A stretch of DNA of 62,233 nucleotides from contig NIVC01004059.1 of the NCBI GenBank assembly GCA_002269645.1, positions 1 through 62,233 of the forward strand, written 5' to 3'. Of the stretch, positions 1 through 12,080 are shown piece after piece. The stretch's first letter is position 1; the number at the start of each line of letters is the position of its first letter. The notes under the pieces are model-generated. The model did not search any database, was not told where the DNA came from, and saw nothing but the letters and a program-made list of their open reading frames with translations. The DNA is from Macrostomum lignano (lineage: Eukaryota). Both the position numbers and the translations under genes were made by a program.

Positions 1-3000
1 GAGGTGCCCACCAACACACCAAAAGACAGAGGTGCCACACCAACAGACGACCAACCAAAAGACAGAGGTGCCCACCAACACACCAAAAGACAGAGGTGCC
101 CATCAACACACCAAAAGACAGAGGTGCCCACCAACACACCAAAAGACAGAGGTGCCCACCAACACACCAAAAGACAGAGGTGCCCACCAACACACCAAAA
201 AGACAGAGGTGCCCACCAACACACCAAAAGACAGAGGTGCCCACCAACACACCAAAACAGAGGTGCCCACCAACACACCAAAAGACAGAGGTGCCCACCA
301 ACACACCAAAAGACAGAGGTGCCCACCAACACACCAAAAACAGAGGTGCCCATCAACACACCAAAAGACAGAGGTGCCCACCAACACACCAAAAGACAGA
401 GGTGCCCACAACACACACCAAAAGACAGAGGTGCCCACAACACACCAAAAGACAGAGGTGCCCACCAACACACCAAAAGACAGAGGTGCCCATCAACACA
501 CACCAAAAGACAGAGGTGCCCACCAACACACCAAAAGACAGAGGTGCCCACCAACACACCAAAAGACAGAGGTGCCCACCAACACACCAAAAGACAGAGG
601 TGCCCACAACACACCAAAAGACAGAGGTGCCCACCAACACACCAAAAGACAGAGGTGCCCATCAACACACCAAAAGACAGAGGTGCCCATCAACACACCA
701 AAAGACAGAGGTGCCCACAACACACCAAAAGACAGAGGTGCCCACCAACACACCAAAAGACAGAGGTGCCCACCAACACACCAAAAGACAGAGGTGCCCA
801 CCAACACACCAAAAGACAGAGGTGCCCACCAACACACACAAAAGACAGAGGTGCCCACCAACACACCAAAAGACAGAGGTGCCCACCAACAACCAAAAGA
901 CAGAGGTGCCCACAACACACCAAAAGACAGAGGTGCCCACCAACACACCAAAAGACAGAGGTGCCCACCAACACACCAAAAGACAGAGGTGCCCACCAAC
1001 ACACCAAAAGACAGAGGTGCCCACCAACACACCAAAAGACAGAGGTGCCCACCAACACACCAAACCCACCAACACACCAAAAGACAGAGGTGCCCAACAC
1101 ACCAAAAGACAGAGGTGCCCACCAACACACCAAAAGACAGAGGTGCCCACCAACACACCAAAAGACAGAGGTGCCCACCAACAGACACCACCAAAAGACA
1201 GAGGTGCCCACCAACACACCAAAAGACAGAGGTGCCCATCAACACACCAAAAGACAGAGGTGCCCACCAACACACCAAAAGACAGAGGTGCCCACCAACA
1301 CACCAAAAGACAGAGGTGCCCACCAACACACCAAAAGACAGAGGTGCCCACCAACACACCAAAAGACAGAGGTGCCACCAACACACCAAAAGACAGAGGT
1401 GCCCACCAACACACCAAAAGACAGAGGTGCCCACCAACACACCAAAAGACAGAGGTGCCCACCAACACACAAAAACAGAGGTGCCCACCAACACACCAAA
1501 AGACAGAGGTGCCCACCAAACACCAAAACCAAAAGACAGAGGTGCCCACAACACACCAAAAGACAGAGGTGCCCACCAACACACCAAAAGACAGAGGTGC
1601 CCATCCAACACACCAAAAGACAGAGGTGCCACCAACACACCAAAAGACAGAGGTGCCCACCAACACACCAAAAGACAGAGGTGCCCACCAACACACCAAA
1701 AGACAGAGGTGCCCACCAACACACCAAAAGACAGAGGTGCCCACAACACACCAAAAGACAGAGGTGCCCACAACACACCAAAAGACAGAGGTGCCCATCA
1801 ACACACCAAAAGACAGAGGTGCCCACCAACACACCAAAAGACAGAGGTGCCACCAACACACCAAAAGACAGAGGTGCCCACCAACACACAAAAGACAGAG
1901 GTGCCCACAACACACCAAAAGACAGAGGTGCCCACAACACACAAAAGACAGAGGTGCCCACAACACACCAAAAGACAGAGGTGCCCACCAACACACCAAA
2001 AGACAGAGGTGCCCACCAACACACCAAAAGACAGAGGTGCCCACCAACACACCAAAAGACAGAGGTGCCCACCAACACACCAAAAGACAGAGGTGCCACC
2101 AACACACCAAAAGACAGAGGTGCCCACCAACACACCAAAAGACAGAGGTGCCCACCAACACACCAAAAGACAGAGGTGCCCACCAACACACCAAAAGACA
2201 GAGGTGCCCATCAACACACCAAAAGACAGAGGTGCCCAAACACACCAAAAGACAGAGGTGCCCACAACACACCAAAAGACAGAGGTGCCCACCAACACAC
2301 CAAAAGACAGAGGTGCCCACAACACACCAAAAGACAGAGGTGCCCACCAACACACCAAAAGACAGAGGTGCCCATCAACACACCAAAAGACAGAGGTGCC
2401 CACCAACACACCAAAAGACAGAGGTGCCCACAACACACCAAAAGACAGAGGTGCCCACAACACACCAAAAGACAGAGGTGCCCACCAACACACCAAAAGA
2501 CAGAGGTGCCCACCAACACACCAAAAGACAGAGGTGCCCACCAACACACCAAAAGACAGAGGTGCCCACAACACACCAAAAGACAGAGGTGCCCACCAAC
2601 ACACCAAAAGACAGAGGTGCCCACCAACACACCAAAAGACAGAGGTGCCCACCAACACACCAAAAGACAGAGGTGCCCACCAACACACCAAAAGACAGAG
2701 GTGCCCACCAACACACCAAAAGACAGAGGTGCCCACCAACAGACACCAAAAAGACAGAGGTGCCCACCAACACACCAAAAGACAGAGGTGCCCATCAACA
2801 CACCAAAAGACAGAGGTGCCCACCAACACACCAAAAGACAGAGGTGCCCACAACACACCAAAAGACAGAGGTGCCCACCAACACCACCAAAAGACAGAGG
2901 TGCCCACCAACACACCAAAAGACAGAGGTGCCCATCAACACACCAAAAGACAGAGGTGCCCACCAACAGACACCACCAAAAGACAGAGGTGCCCACCAAC

Positions 3001-6000
3001 ACACCAAAAGACAGAGGTGCCCATCAACACACCAAAAGACAGAGGTGCCCACCAACACACACAAAAGACAGAGGTGCCCACCAACACACCAAAAGACAGA
3101 GGTGCCCACCAACACACCAAAAGACAGAGGTGCCCACCAACACACCAAAAGACAGAGGTGCCCATCAACACACCAAAAGACAGAGGGCCCACCAACACAC
3201 CAAAAGACAGAGGTGCCCACCAACACACCAAAAGACAGAGGCCCACCAACACACCAAAAACAGAGGTGCCCACCAACACACCAAAAGACAGAGGTGCCCA
3301 CCAACACACCAAAAGACAGAGGCCCACCAACACACCAAAAGACAGGGTGCCCACCAACACACCAAAAGACAGAGGGCCCACCAACACACCAAAAGACAGA
3401 GGTGCCCACACAACACACCAAAAGACAGAGGTGCCCACAACACACCAAAAGACAGAGGTGCCCACCAACACACCAAAAGACAGAGGTGCCCACAACACAC
3501 CAAAAGACAGAGGTGCCACCAACACACCAAAAGACAGAGGTGCCCACCAACACACCAAAAGACAGAGGTGCCCACCAACACACCAAAAGACAGAGGTGCC
3601 CACCAACACACCAAAAGACAGAGGTGCCCACAACACACCAAAAGACAGAGGTGCCCACCAACACACCAAAAGACAGAGGTGCCCACCAACACACCAAAAG
3701 ACAGAGGTGCCCACCAACACACCAAAAGACAGAGGTGCCCATCAACACACCAAAAGACAGAGGTGCCCACCAACACACCAAAAGACAGAGGTGCCCACCA
3801 ACACACCAAAAGACAGAGGTGCCCACCAACACACCAAAAGACAGAGGTGCCCACCAACACACCAAAAGACAGAGGTGCCCACAACACACAAAAAGACAGA
3901 GGTGCCCACCAACACACCAAAAGACAGAGGTGCCCACCAACACACCAAAAGACAGAGGTGCCCACCAACACACCCAAAAGACAGAGGTGCCCACCAACAC
4001 ACCAAAAGACAGAGGTGCCCATCAACACACCAAAAGACAGAGGTGCCCACCAACAGACCACCACCAAAAGACAGAGGTGCCCACCAACACACCAAAAGAC
4101 AGAGGTGCCCACCAACACACCAAAAGACAGAGGTGCCCACCAACACACCAAAAGACAGAGGTGCCCACCAACACACCAAAAGACAGAGGTGCCCACCAAC
4201 ACACCAAAAGACAGAGGTGCCCACAACACACCAAAAGACAGAGGTGCCCACCAACACACCAAAAGACAGAGGTGCCCACCAACACACCAAAAGACAGAGG
4301 TGCCCACCAACACACCAAAAGACAGAGGTGCCCACCAACACACCAAAAGACAGAGGTGCCCACCAACACACCAAAAGACAGAGGTGCCCACCAACACACC
4401 AAAAGACAGAGGTGCCCATCAACACACCAAAAGACAGAGGTGCCCACCAACACACCAAAAGACAGAGGTGCCCACAACACACCAAAAGACAGAGGTGCCC
4501 ACCAACACACCAAAAGACAGAGGTGCCCACCAACACACCAAAAGACAGAGGTGCCCACCAACACACCAAAAGACAGAGGTGCCCACCAACACACCAAAAG
4601 ACAGAGGTGCCCACCAACACACCAAAAGACAGAGGTGCCCACCAACACACCAAAAGACAGAGGTGCCCATCAACACACCAAAAGACAGAGGTGCCCACCA
4701 ACACACCAAAAGACAGAGGTGCCCACCAACACACCAAAAGACAGAGGTGCCCACCAACAGACACCACCAAAAGACAGAGGTGCCCACCAACACACCAAAA
4801 GACAGAGGTGCCCACAACACACCAAAAGACAGAGGTGCCCCAACAGACACCACCAAAAGACAGAGGTGCCCACCAACACACCAAAAGACAGAGGTGCCCA
4901 TCAACACACCAAAAGACAGAGGTGCCCACCAACACACCAAAAGACAGAGGTGCCCACCAACACACCAAAAGACAGAGGTGCCCACCAACACACCAAAAGA
5001 CAGAGGTGCCCACCAACACACCAAAAGACAGAGGTGCCCACAACACACCAAAAGACAGGGTGCCCACCAACACACCAAAAGACAGAGGGCCCACCAACAC
5101 ACCAAAAGACAGAGGTGCCCACCAACACACCAAAAGACAGAGGTGCCCACCAACACACCAAAAGACAGAGGTGCCCACCAACACACCAAAAGACAGAGGT
5201 GCCCACCAACACACCAAAAGACAGGGACGCCCACCAACACACCAAAAGACAGAGGTGCCCACCAACACACCAAAAGACAGAGGTGCCCACCAACACACCA
5301 AAAGACAGAGGTGCCCACCAACACACCAAAAGACAGAGCCCACCAACACACCAAAAGACAGGGTGCCCACCAACACACCAAAAGACAGAGGTGCCCACCA
5401 ACACACCAAAAGACAGAGGTGCCCACCAACACACCAAAAGACAGAGGTGCCCACCAACACACCAAAAGACAGAGGTGCCCACCAACACACCAAAAGACAG
5501 AGGTGCCCATCAACACACCAAAAGACAGAGGTGCCCACCAACACACCAAAAGACAGAGGTGCCCACCAACACACCAAAAGACAGAGGTGCCCACCAACAC
5601 ACCAAAAGACAGAGGTGCCCACCAACACACCAAAAGACAGAGGTGCCCATCAACACACCAAAAGACAGAGGTGCCCACCAACACACCAAAAGACAGAGGT
5701 GCCCACCAACACACCAAAAGACAGAGGTGCCCACCAACACACCAAAAGACAGAGGTGCCCACCAACACACCAAAAGACAGAGGTGCCCATCAACACACCA
5801 AAAGACAGGGGCCCACCAACACACCAAAAGACAGGGACCCACCAACACACCAAAAGACAGAGGTGCCCACCAACACACCAAAAGACAGAGGTGCCCACCA
5901 ACACACCAAAAGACAGAGGTGCCCACCAACACACCAAAAGACAGGGACGCCACCAACACACCAAAAGACAGAGACGCCCACCAACACACCAAAAGACAGG

Positions 6001-6795
6001 ACGCCCACCAACACACCAAAAGACAGAGGTGCCCACCAACACACCAAAAGACAGAGGTGCCCACCAACACACCAAAAGACAGGGACGCCCACCAACACAC
6101 CAAAAGACAGGGTGCCCACCAACACACCAAAAGACAGAGGTGCCCACCAACACACCAAAAGACAGAGGTGCCCACCAACACACCAAAAGACAGAGGTGCC
6201 CACCAACACACCACCAAAAGACAGAGGTGCCCACCAACACACCAAAAGACAGAGGTGCCCATCAACACACCAAAAGACAGAGGTGCCCACCAACACACCA
6301 AAAGACAGAGGCGCCCACCAACACACCAAAAGACAGAGGTGCCCACCAACACACCAAAAGACAGAGGTGCCCACCAACACACCAAAAGACAGAGGTGCCC
6401 ACCAACACACCAAAAGACAGAGGTGCCCACCAACACACCAAAAGACAGAGGTGCCCACCAACACACCAAAAGACAGAGGTGCCCACCAACACACCAAAAG
6501 ACAGAGGTGCCCACCAACACACCAAAAGACAGAGGTGCCCACCAACACACCAAAAGACAGAGGTGCCCACCAACACACCAAAAGACAGAGGTGCCCACCA
6601 ACACACCAAAAGACAGAGGTGCCCACCAACACACCAAAAGACAGACGGCCCACCAACACACCAAAAGACAGAGGTGCCCACCAACACACCAAAAGACAGA
6701 GGTGCCCACCAACACACCAAAAGACAGAGGTGCCCACCAACACACCAAAAGACAGAGGTGCCCATCAACACACCAAAAGACAGTGGCGCCCACCA
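1..6795. repeat. 28-bp minisatellite array, copy 1 (GAGGTGCCCACCAACACACCAAAAGACA)n, ~240 units, runs off the window start
   Basis: Unit read directly from the sequence. Many 1-3 nt indel variants, plus GGGACGCC and CATCAA variants. The 2200-aa ORFs are three-frame readings of this unit. Confidence 0.98.
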
Positions 6796-7094
6796 GCCAT
6801 GCCGTCAAATATTGGCGCCCCTAAACTAGGGGTTGCAGGCCCTTCAATAAAAATTCATGCGCGCATGCATGCACCACTTCATTGATCGGATGTGAAATCT
6901 TGAACGCATTTTACATGAGGGGCGCTGAATCTTAATAAAAAACTCAAGAAAGTCTCTGAATCTTGGAAAAGCCCCGATGAATCTCGTGGAATCCAATAGT
7001 AAATCCTTACGTCTCGGCTGGGTAGTCTAATTTTTGAAAGCCACAGAGCTAGAATCTCGGGCTTTCTCAGTTAGTAATCGCAGGAGGTCTCAGA

Positions 7095-7760
7095 GAATCT
7101 CAAGATATCTGGGAGAATCTCAAAAAAAAAAATCTGGGAGAATCTCAAGAAATCTGGGAGAATCTCAAAAAAGGATCATGGGAGAATTTCAAGAAATCTG
7201 GAAGAATCTCAAGAAACCTGGGAGATTCTCAACAAATCTGGGAGAATCTCAAGAAATCTGGGAGAATCTCTAAAAAAATCTTGGAGAATCTCAAGAAATC
7301 TGGGAGAATCTCAAAAAAATCATGGGAGAATTTCAAGAAATCTGAAAGAATCTCAAGAAATCTGGGAGATTCTCAAAAAAATCATGGGAGAATTTCAAGA
7401 AATCTGGGATAATCTCAAGAAATCTGGGAGAATCTCAATAAATCTGGGAGAATCTCAATAAATCTGGGAGAATCTCAATAAATCAGGGATAATCTCAATA
7501 AATCTGGGAGAATCTCAAGAAATCTGGGAGAATCTCAAGAAATCTGGGAGAATCTCAATAAATCTGGGATAATCTCAATAAATCTGGGAGAATCTCAAGA
7601 AATCTGGGAGAATCTCAAGAAATCTGGGATAATCTCAAGAAATCTGGGAGAATCTCAACAAGTCTGGGAGAATCTCAAGAAATCTTTGAGAGTCTCAAGA
7701 AGTCTCGGAGAGTGTTAAGAAGTTTGGGAGAATCTCAGGAAATCTGGGAGAGTCTGAATA
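7095..7760. repeat. 20-bp minisatellite (AATCTCAAGAAATCTGGGAG)n, degenerate at the edges
   Basis: Direct reading; duplicated at ~15683-16348. Confidence 0.95.
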
Positions 7761-7896
7761 AATGTATGGAGAATCACAAGAAGCTCCAGAAAATCCCAGG
7801 AAATTCTGTGAGCACTCGAATACATCTCAGAAAAGTGGGGATTTTCAAATGAATGGGAATATCTCGCAATCTGCCTGAACTGCAGCCCCCTCCCAG

Positions 7897-8106
7897 GCTC
7901 TGTGCATCCAGTTCGTATTCTGGTCCACAATTCGGCCAATCAGCTACGGCGGTTCGTTGAAGTCGGCCAACTTTGTTGAAGAGCTGTGCGACTTCCTGGA
8001 GAGCATCATGGAGAACATTAAATCCGTGCTGGCCACGAACGACGCCCTGCTCAAAGCTATCGATGCACCCGACACGGAAATGGTGGAGAAGTCGGAGAAA
8101 TCTTGA
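7897..8106 (+). CDS. Putative 3'-terminal coding exon of an unidentified gene (ALCIQFVFWSTIRPISYGGSLKSANFVEELCDFLESIMENIKSVLATNDALLKAIDAPDTEMVEKSEKS*)
   Basis: Pyrimidine tract + CAG acceptor (ccccctcccag|) at 7896, 69 open codons with C/G-ending codon bias, TGA at 8104-8106, then AT-rich sequence. Protein family not recognised. Confidence 0.5.
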   Translation, partial: ALCIQFVFWSTIRPISYGGSLKSANFVEELCDFLESIMENIKSVLATNDALLKAIDAPDTEMVEKSEKS

Positions 8107-8429
8107 AATGGAATTGTTATTGTTTCGATATAATTACTACTAGCTTACTAACAGTAGACTATTTCGCAAAAAATGACAATAAATGACAAAAGCCCACAAA
8201 TGGACCCAAGCGGCATATGAATTAGCTATCAAGACTTTTAATTGCTATTAGTCATCACGGATGATGTCTTCCCAGATGTATACACATTTTAAGAGAATGT
8301 GGCATTTTTCTGTCTATACTCTTTACTGTTAGTAGTAGGTATGGGCCTTTAGTTTCTGAGAAGGCAGTTCATTGCTTGCTAGCATTGTCGTAAGCCCTTT
8401 ATATTGGGCGCCTCTATCTTTTAGTCGGC

Positions 8430-8822
8430 GTCCCTGTCTCTTGGTGGGCGCCCCTGTCTCTTGGTTGGCGCCCCCTGTCTCTTGGTGGGCGCCCCTGTCT
8501 CTTGGTGGGCGCCCCTGTCTCTTGGTGGGCGCCCTGTCTCTTGGTGGGCGCCCCTGTCTCTTGGTTGGCGCCCCTGTCTTTCAGTGGGCGCGCCTGTCTC
8601 ATGATGGGCGCCGCAGTCTCATGGTGGGCGCCCCTGTCTCTTGGTGGGCGCCCCTGTCTCTTGGTGGGCGCCCCTGTCTCATGATGGGCGCCGCAGTCTC
8701 ATGGTGGGCGCCCCTGTCTCTTGGTTGGTGCCCCCCTGTCTCACGGTGGGCGCCCCTGTCTCTTGGTGGGCGCCCCTGTCTCTTGGTTGGCGCCCCTGTC
8801 TCTTGGTGGGCGCCCCTGTCTC
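8430..8822. repeat. 20-bp GC-rich minisatellite (GCGCCCCTGTCTCTTGGTGG)n, interrupted by a LINE; remnant resumes at ~9748-9840
   Basis: Direct reading; degenerate units continue on the far side of the LINE. Confidence 0.93.
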
Positions 8823-9750
8823 TTACTTACTTACTTACTACTGACGGGGGCGCAGGCGCCGCGAATAGGCCGCGAGGCCCTATCGCAACCCCAAGGTAAA
8901 AGAGCACAAGGATTAACCTTGGGGGTGCGCCCAGTCCCCGCCAGTAGTCGGCAGGTTCGCAGTGGAGGCATCGGCGACCCTCATCCGGCCGGAGTTCCGG
9001 ACGAAGGCGCGCAGGTCACGGATATTGTCCGGGGTGGTCAGCTCGTCCATCCGCTGGGGGTGGCCGAGGTATTTGTGCCGCGCCTTGTTGAAGTAAGGGC
9101 AGAAAGTGACGTGATGCTCCGCGGTCTCCTCTCCTATGCCACAGAAAGGACAGGTGGGAGGGAAACCGGTTTGCAACGATATATGTCTCTGGAAGAATCC
9201 ATGGCCGGTTAGGGCCATGCACATCTCCCCGAGGTCAATTCTGTTAAGCGAAATCAGATAATCAGAGACTTTCCTGTTCAGGTTAGGCATGGCAGAGCGG
9301 CTCTGCCTGTACTCGGTGCAGCTGTTCCAGTGGAGCTGGTGCTGCTGATGGAGCCACCTGTTGATATGGCGGGTGACTTGCGACCTGGGAGTGGGTAGCC
9401 TCATCAGACGGTGGTTGCCGTCTGGGTTGCTGCCCTCCTTGGCGAGAGAGTCCGCGAGCTCATTGCCCAGGATGTTGCTGTGCCCGGGTGTCCAGATAAT
9501 TCTAATCCTGTTAAGGACTGAGAGGAATTGCACACTGCGGTGGCATTGAGATACTGTAGCAGCGGAGATATTCTCAGCGGTTAAGGCCTTAATAGCGGCT
9601 TGGCTATCAGTGTAAAAGTTAATATCGAAGTTATTAATGTTCGCCTGGAGCAGGTGCTGGGCACACTGCTCAATGGCGTAAATTTCAGCTTGGAAAACCG
9701 AGGTGCAGACTTTCCTGGAAGAGCATCTTACCCTCGTGGAAAATTACCCC
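8823..9750 (-). mobile_element. 5'-truncated non-LTR retrotransposon (LINE): RNase H + C-terminal zinc knuckle + 3' UTR + (TAAG)4 tail; LOA/R1/I-group-like
   Basis: The minus frame reads [10 protein letters not shown]...[12 protein letters not shown]...[23 protein letters not shown] (RNase HI motifs), then [18 protein letters not shown] (CCHC-type). Stop at 8913-8915; (TTAC)4 on + at 8823-8838. Confidence 0.92.
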
Positions 9751-10373
9751 TGTATCTTGTTGGGTGCCCTGTTTCTTGGTGGGCGCCACTGTCTCTTAGT
9801 AGGCGCCTCTGTCTCATGGTGGGCACCCCTGTCTCACGGTTCAAGCCAATAATTCAGTACGAATTAGAAACTGAAAGCTACCTCAACTCTCGCTAATGCA
9901 GTTCGCAGAAAAAACACTGGCTCAGTTCAGTCTTTTTTGTCTTAGGCGATGCTCATGTACACTAGCTACTCAATTTGATGCGGTTGGCAACGATGCAAGA
10001 TATTTTAAAAAGCACCGTACACCCCAAATGAAGCTGCAATATTGCTCCAGGACTGGGTCGATACTATCAGGTAGGGCGTTACGCTTGTATACTTTGTGCT
10101 CTCTGTAGTATAACAAATATTTGCGCTTTCGGATGAGAAATTTTTACGGTTCACTGAGTCAGAAAGGGTCGATTTCGATATCTGATGCTATTTTTAGATT
10201 TTCAATAATCAGCCGTCAACAAAACGATAATTGCTATTCATAAACAGCAGCTAATGTAGAGCGGATACACATTCTTTAGAGCAGCAAAGTTTTTGAAATT
10301 GATTTTTTTATTTTACGACGCTTTAGTTAAGTCGAAAGACAAACGAAAAACCACTGCATTTTACGCTCGTAGA

Positions 10374-10911
10374 CTCTGTCAGACATGTCACAATCTGTGT
10401 CAGATGTATCACAATCTGTGTCGGAGGTGCATCACAATCTGTGTCAGATGTATCACAATCTGTGTCGGAGGTGCATCACAATCTGTGTCAGACATATCAC
10501 AATCTGTGTCAGATGCATCACAATCTGTGTCAGAGGCAGCACAATCTCTGTCAGATTCATTACAATCTGTGTCAGATTCATCACAATCTGTGTCAGATGC
10601 ATCACAATCTGTGTCAGATGCATCACAATCTGTGTCAGATGCATCACAATCTGTGTCAGAGGCATCGCAAACTGTGTCAGACATATCACAATCTGTGTCA
10701 GATGCATCACAATCTGTGTCAGAGGCATCGCAAACTGTGTCAGACATATCACAATCTGTGTCAGATGCATCACAATCTGTGTCAGAGGTGCATCACAATC
10801 TGTGTCAGACATATCACAATCTGTGTCAGATGCATCACAATCTGTGTCAGAGGCATCACAATCTGTGTCAGAGGCATCACAATCTGTGTCAGACACATCA
10901 CAATCTGTGTC
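10374..10911. repeat. 21-bp minisatellite (TGTGTCAGATGCATCACAATC)n with 23-bp variants
   Basis: Direct reading; same family at 18965-19502 and 22638-23490. Confidence 0.96.
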
Positions 10912-11734
10912 TAGGGTACGCCTTAGCGCAACCCATATCAAAAGATGAGCATTGGGTCTGCCTCCTATCAAAAGTAATTACAAAATTTGTGCTAAAAAAT
11001 AGAAAAAATCTGATTTTCTATTTTTCGGTGAAACCTGTCTCCAAAAGTTTTCCAAGAAACGAAGTCTTTCGTCCGTTCTCTTCTACTTAAGCATTCCTTG
11101 TCTGATAAGCATACAACAGGGTTGTTTTACAAGTCTGTGTTTTTGTTAAAAATGTATAGGTAATATGTTTAGAAAATGACATGGCAAAAATGCAGGAATT
11201 CAAGCAAAGTCTGTCCTGCTGTTAAAGAAGAGAATTTTTTACCTGTAGACAAACCCGCATTGGAATTTCCTAAGCCTGTGTCAGTAAGTCATAATTACAG
11301 ACATCATCATCATCCTCCAGCTGCCGTTGTCAGGGGAACCCGAGAGGAAGTCGCGGATGAAAAGGTATATGCGTGGGTGATTAGAGGAAGATTTTCGGAG
11401 AGCTGATCTCAGTGAAAATAGTGAAATAGGCACGAACTGAGCAGGGTTAGCAGAAGTACATCCTCGGTGGAGAGTTATATTAATTCCTAGAATTTGCTTT
11501 CGCTGACTGACTGTCGGATAATTACACTTCAGAACGGAAGTGGTAATTACGAAAGCAAAAAACCTATTAATAAACCAAATGATTATCCTGCCTTTTGACG
11601 GGGATAATTGGGCTTTGGTAGAAAATATTTTGAGTAATGTTTGCTTAGAAATGATGAAGAAAAGCTTTGCAATTAGCAGCAAATGAAAGTTTAAAGAGGC
11701 TATGACTAAGAATAATGACTATATTTACATGTTG

Positions 11735-12080
11735 TGGCATGACTTGTGGCGCCATATTAGCATCAGTTGTGGCGCCATTTTAGCATCATTTCTGGCGCCA
11801 TATTGGCATCATTTCTGGCGCCATATTGGCATCACTTGTGGCGCCATATTAGCATCACTTGTGGCGCCATATTGGCATGAGTTGTGGCGCCATATTGGCA
11901 TGAGTTGTGGCACCATATTGGCATGAGTTGTGGCGCCATATTGGCATGAGTTGTGGCGCCATATTGGCATGAGTTGTGGCGCCATATTGGCATGAGTTGT
12001 GGCGCCATATTAGCATCATTTCTGGCGCCATATTAGCATCAGTTGTGGCGCCATATTAGCATCAGTTGTGGCGCCATTGT
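11735..12080. repeat. 23-bp minisatellite (TGTGGCGCCATATTGGCATGAGT)n, abutting the 28-bp array
   Basis: Direct reading; GGCGCC core in each unit. Confidence 0.95.

Larger units (their letters stand above)
6781..11271 (+). repeat. Tandem segmental duplication, near-identical segment, copy 1 (partner 15369-19862)
   Basis: Linker, arrays, exon, LINE and unique DNA recur at offset 8588-8591. Identical ORF translations appear in the track (e.g. 8913 vs 17504, 10293 vs 18884). Confidence 0.97.

Noticed and set aside
4-6885. Three >2200-aa ORFs (and ~1120-aa ORFs at 12043-15473) plus many minus-strand ORFs
   Set aside because: The 28-bp unit has no stop in the three + frames. All frames give the same permuted peptide with free frame switching at indels, so these are repeat artefacts.
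6880-6915. TGTGAA...TTGAACGCA resembling 5.8S rRNA
   Set aside because: Only two short motifs at the wrong spacing; no surrounding rDNA.
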